From assembly GCA_963758295.1 (NCBI GenBank), contig CAVWUU010000004.1, forward strand, positions 1 through 64,000: a DNA stretch of 64,000 nt. Direction: 5' to 3'. Shown piece by piece: positions 60,994 through 64,000 of the stretch. Every line of letters begins with the position of its first letter. Position 1 is the stretch's first letter. Source of the stretch: Candidatus Eremiobacteria bacterium. GTDB taxonomy: Bacteria > Vulcanimicrobiota > Vulcanimicrobiia > Vulcanimicrobiales > Vulcanimicrobiaceae. Made by a program: the position numbers and the translations under genes. The notes beneath the pieces are model-generated. The model saw only the letters and a program-made list of their open reading frames with translations, ran no database searches and was not told where the DNA came from.

Positions 60994-62250
60994 ATGGATA
61001 GAAAAACCACGCTGTCCAGCGGCCTCCGCATTTTGACCGAAACGATGCCTGCTGTCCGCTCCGCCAGCATCGGCATCTGGGCCGACGTCGGTTCTTCCTT
61101 GGAAGTCAAAGATCAGCGAGGCATCTCGCACCTAGTCGAGCATATGCTCTTCAAGGGCACCGATGGCCGTTCGGCACGCGATATCGCCGAAACGATGGAC
61201 GGCGTCGGCGGCAATCTGAATGCGTTCACGGATAAAGAGACGACGTGTTACTACGCGAAAGTGATCGATCGCCACGTGCCTCTCGCGCTGGACGTTCTTT
61301 CCGACATGTTCCTTCACTCGACGTTCGACGCGTCGGAGCTTGCGAAAGAGCAGAAGGTCGTGCTCGAAGAGATCAAGATGTACGAAGACTCGCCCGACGA
61401 GTTGATCCACGATCTCTTTTTGCAAACGATGTGGAGCGGTTCGAATCTCGGCGAACCTACTATCGGCTTCAACGACACCGTCACGCGCATTACACCGGAC
61501 GACCTTCGCGCGCATATGAAGAACCATTACGCGCCGAATTCCGTTGTGGTTGCGGCGGCTGGGAACGTCGACCACGACCAGTTTTGCGAGCTGGTGTCCA
61601 CGTACTTCAAAGATTTCAAAGGCTCGTGCGAACTCCCACCGCCTGACGCGCCTTCTACGACGCCCGCACAACTGGTACGCCAAAAAGATAGCGAACAAGC
61701 CTACGTTGTTGTCGGCTCCCGCGGCCTCTCCGTGCGAGACGATCGCCGCTTCGCGCTCTCGGTGCTGGATACGATTTTAGGCGGCGGCATGTCGAGCCGG
61801 CTCTTTCAGGAGATTCGCGAGAAGCGCGGACTGGTCTATACGGTCTATTCGTTTCAAGCGGCGTATCGCGCCGCGGGCCTCTTCGGGATTTTTGCGGGCA
61901 CGTCGGCCGAAAACGTGCAGCCGTGCATCGACGTGATCGCCGAGCAGCTTGCGGCATTGCGAAAAATAAGCGTCACGCAAGCCGAATTGACGCTCGCAAA
62001 AGAGCATATCAAGGGGAGCCTTACGCTTGCGCTCGAATCGAGTTCGAGCCGCATGATCCGCCTCGGCCGTAACGAGTTCGCGCTCGGACGGCAGATGACA
62101 CCGGAAGAAATCGAAGAGCGCGTCGACGCCGTCGACGTGGAAGACGTTCAGGCGATCGCGTCGGAACTCTTTAGCGAAGAGCAACTAGGGCTTTGCATCC
62201 TCGGACCGGTCGACGAGGCTTCCATCGCTTGGAATCGTGACGCCGCCTAG
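60994..62250 (+). CDS. M16 (pitrilysin) family zinc peptidase
   Basis: HLVEHMLFKG, NAFT, LGGGMSSRLFQEIREKRGLVY. Confidence 0.94.
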   Translation: MDRKTTLSSGLRILTETMPAVRSASIGIWADVGSSLEVKDQRGISHLVEHMLFKGTDGRSARDIAETMDGVGGNLNAFTDKETTCYYAKVIDRHVPLALDVLSDMFLHSTFDASELAKEQKVVLEEIKMYEDSPDELIHDLFLQTMWSGSNLGEPTIGFNDTVTRITPDDLRAHMKNHYAPNSVVVAAAGNVDHDQFCELVSTYFKDFKGSCELPPPDAPSTTPAQLVRQKDSEQAYVVVGSRGLSVRDDRRFALSVLDTILGGGMSSRLFQEIREKRGLVYTVYSFQAAYRAAGLFGIFAGTSAENVQPCIDVIAEQLAALRKISVTQAELTLAKEHIKGSLTLALESSSSRMIRLGRNEFALGRQMTPEEIEERVDAVDVEDVQAIASELFSEEQLGLCILGPVDEASIAWNRDAA

Positions 62251-63130
62251 CGCCGCCCTTCCGCTCGAGCCGGCTCTGTGGAGCGGCAAAGTCATCGGTG
62301 CAATGCTCATCACGTTTATCGTGCAGGGCATTACCATTGGCGCTTACGCTGCGCGGCTTGCGGGCGTCCAAACCCGTCGCATCGCGACCTCAATTTCGCT
62401 TTTCAATCTTTTCGTTACGCTCGGGCGGCTCGCGACGCTATTCTCGGTGTTCTTCGTTGCGCCGCTGGCGGACGACGCCGGAAACGCAATAGCGAAATAC
62501 GGCAACAATCCGGTGTCGGTCGCCGCATGGCAGCATACCTATGAGTGGCAATTGCGCCTCATCATTGCGGCGGGAACGCTCGGGATGGTAGTCTTCGCGC
62601 TGTTCCTACCGATGTTCACGTATCTGTTCCGGCGCGGCGTCCATTCGTTTGAAATGCGCGGTTCGGTCCCACATTCACTCGCGCAGCTGCTGAAGCCGAA
62701 AAACCTCATGGAAGTTTTGCGGTCGGAGCGGTTGCCCAGCTGGAGCGAGATCCGCGCCTTCGACGTGCGAGCCATTCCTAAGCGCCTGCTGATTTTCAAC
62801 GTGCTCGTGACGGGCGTTTACGCCATCGGCGTTCCGGCCGCATTCCTCGCCTCGGTCTACGCCGGCAGCGCGGCCCGCACGGCCACGAGCCTTTCCGGCG
62901 TTATCAACGGCGTCGGAACCATCGCGTTCACCCTGTTTGTCGACCCGACGTCCTCGATGATCACCGATCAAGCCGTCCATGGACGGCGCACCATCGAGGA
63001 AGTTCGTGCGATGGTGTTCTATCTCTCGTTAACGGCTATCTTGGGAACCCTGCTCTCGCAGGTGTTCTTTTATCCGGCGGCCGTCGTTATCGAATATGTG
63101 GCCCGATTTGCAGTTCACTTTCATTTTTAA
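62237..63130 (+). CDS. amj: lipid II flippase Amj (DUF2837) family
   Basis: AYAARLAGVQTRRIATSISLFN, YAIGV, RTATSLSGVINGVGTI..VDP, GTLLSQ. Confidence 0.8.
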   Translation: MTPPSAALPLEPALWSGKVIGAMLITFIVQGITIGAYAARLAGVQTRRIATSISLFNLFVTLGRLATLFSVFFVAPLADDAGNAIAKYGNNPVSVAAWQHTYEWQLRLIIAAGTLGMVVFALFLPMFTYLFRRGVHSFEMRGSVPHSLAQLLKPKNLMEVLRSERLPSWSEIRAFDVRAIPKRLLIFNVLVTGVYAIGVPAAFLASVYAGSAARTATSLSGVINGVGTIAFTLFVDPTSSMITDQAVHGRRTIEEVRAMVFYLSLTAILGTLLSQVFFYPAAVVIEYVARFAVHFHF

Positions 63131-63774
63131 GCGTTTTGCCGCACTTGCGCTCGCGGCCGTGTCCCTGAGCGGCTGCGCGGGATCGGTTCAAAACTGGATC
63201 GTCGATACGCGCGTCCATCAGGGCGACGTAGCGCTGGATCACGGCAACGTCCGCGATGCGGAGCTATCGTATCAACTCGCGCTGCGCGTCGATCCGACGA
63301 ACCAGCGTGCCCGTGCCGGGTACATTCAGGCCGCTGCCGATCTCGCGCAGGCCGAATATGCGCAAGGACAATTCGACGAAGCATTGGCGACGATCGATAA
63401 CGCGCTGAAATTCGACGCTTCGAACGTGCGGCTTTCGGGCGAAAAGACGTCGATCGAACAGGCAAAGCTAAAGCGCGAAATCGTCATTTCCAACTATCCG
63501 ACGTACCGACGAAGCCGGCGTGCAAATCCAGCGGGCTTACGAGCAGCTCGACCTGACGAACAAAGCGATTCTGGCAAACCTAAAGCGCTTCGGCTATACG
63601 TACGACGCAGCGGATCTAACGACCGCGATCAAACGCAGCTACGAGCTTGAAATCGAACTTGCCAAGAACACGAATCGGCTGATTACCTATCGCCAGGTCG
63701 TCGATTCCGGCGTGCCCGAGAGCACGCATGAGTCGACGACGTCCAACGCAGCGTCGCTGCTGCCGCTGCCGTAA
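63096..63774 (+). CDS. TPR-containing lipoprotein (one indel near 63510)
   Basis: Lipobox LSGC, TPR helices YQLALRVDP, FDEALATIDNALKFD. Confidence 0.65.
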
Positions 63775-64000
63775 TGATTCGCATCTGGGTGGAGCACTTA
63801 CCGCTTATCCCAGGTGCGATATTAACCGTTGGGGCCTTCGTGGCTGTTTCGATCGGCTTTGCGGCGCTCGCACAGCGATTTGCAAATCGCGAAGTTTTCC
63901 GCGAGCACAACGACTTAGCGGGATTTATTTTTGCGGTGATCGGGGTCATCTACGCGGTGCTCCTCGCCTTCACGGCCGTCGGCGTCTGGGAACGCTTTTC
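63774..64000 (+). CDS. DUF4239-like membrane protein, N-terminal part
   Basis: HNDLAGFIFAVIGVIYAVLLAFTAVGVWERF. Confidence 0.65.
   Translation, partial: MIRIWVEHLPLIPGAILTVGAFVAVSIGFAALAQRFANREVFREHNDLAGFIFAVIGVIYAVLLAFTAVGVWERF

Overview
GC-rich bacterial chromosomal window from a flagellated diderm (FlgH/FlgI rings, MsbA-like ABC transporter, TonB-dependent receptor) that also carries Bacillota-style flagellar regulators (FliW, CsrA, FlaG). By inference this fits a Terrabacteria diderm such as Ca. Eremiobacterota/Vulcanimicrobiota, which I could not verify. Layout: an ECF sigma plus an anti-sigma fused to a TonB C-terminal domain (0.3-1.9 kb); a 1 kb non-coding block of three repeat families (1.9-3.0 kb); photolyase and ABC genes; a flagellar cluster flgBC-fliE, flgFGAHIJNKL-fliW-csrA-flagellin, glycosyltransferases, flaG-fliDS(T) (7.9-30.2 kb); a glycan-tailoring island (PHP phosphatase, cysD-cysNC, TauE, methyltransferase, sulfotransferase, GT41-like transferase, GNAT, wecE, wbqC, rmlAB; 32.8-44.8 kb); the rpsB-tsf-pyrH-frr-uppS-cdsA-dxr-rseP-ispG cluster; then housekeeping genes (pduO, proS, M16 peptidase, amj). 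Main result: sigma-28 (FliA/SigD)-type promoters with an invariant 15-nt spacer precede not only flagellin, flaG and flgB but also the flagellin glycosyltransferase, the PAPS-synthesis operon, a divergent putative PAP phosphatase and the sulfotransferase. This suggests a flagellum-coupled sulfation system, with several of these genes apparently on leaderless mRNAs. Two stretches (about 18.5-20.1 kb and 43.8-55 kb) are full of single-base indels that are almost certainly sequencing or consensus errors, so coordinates there are approximate.
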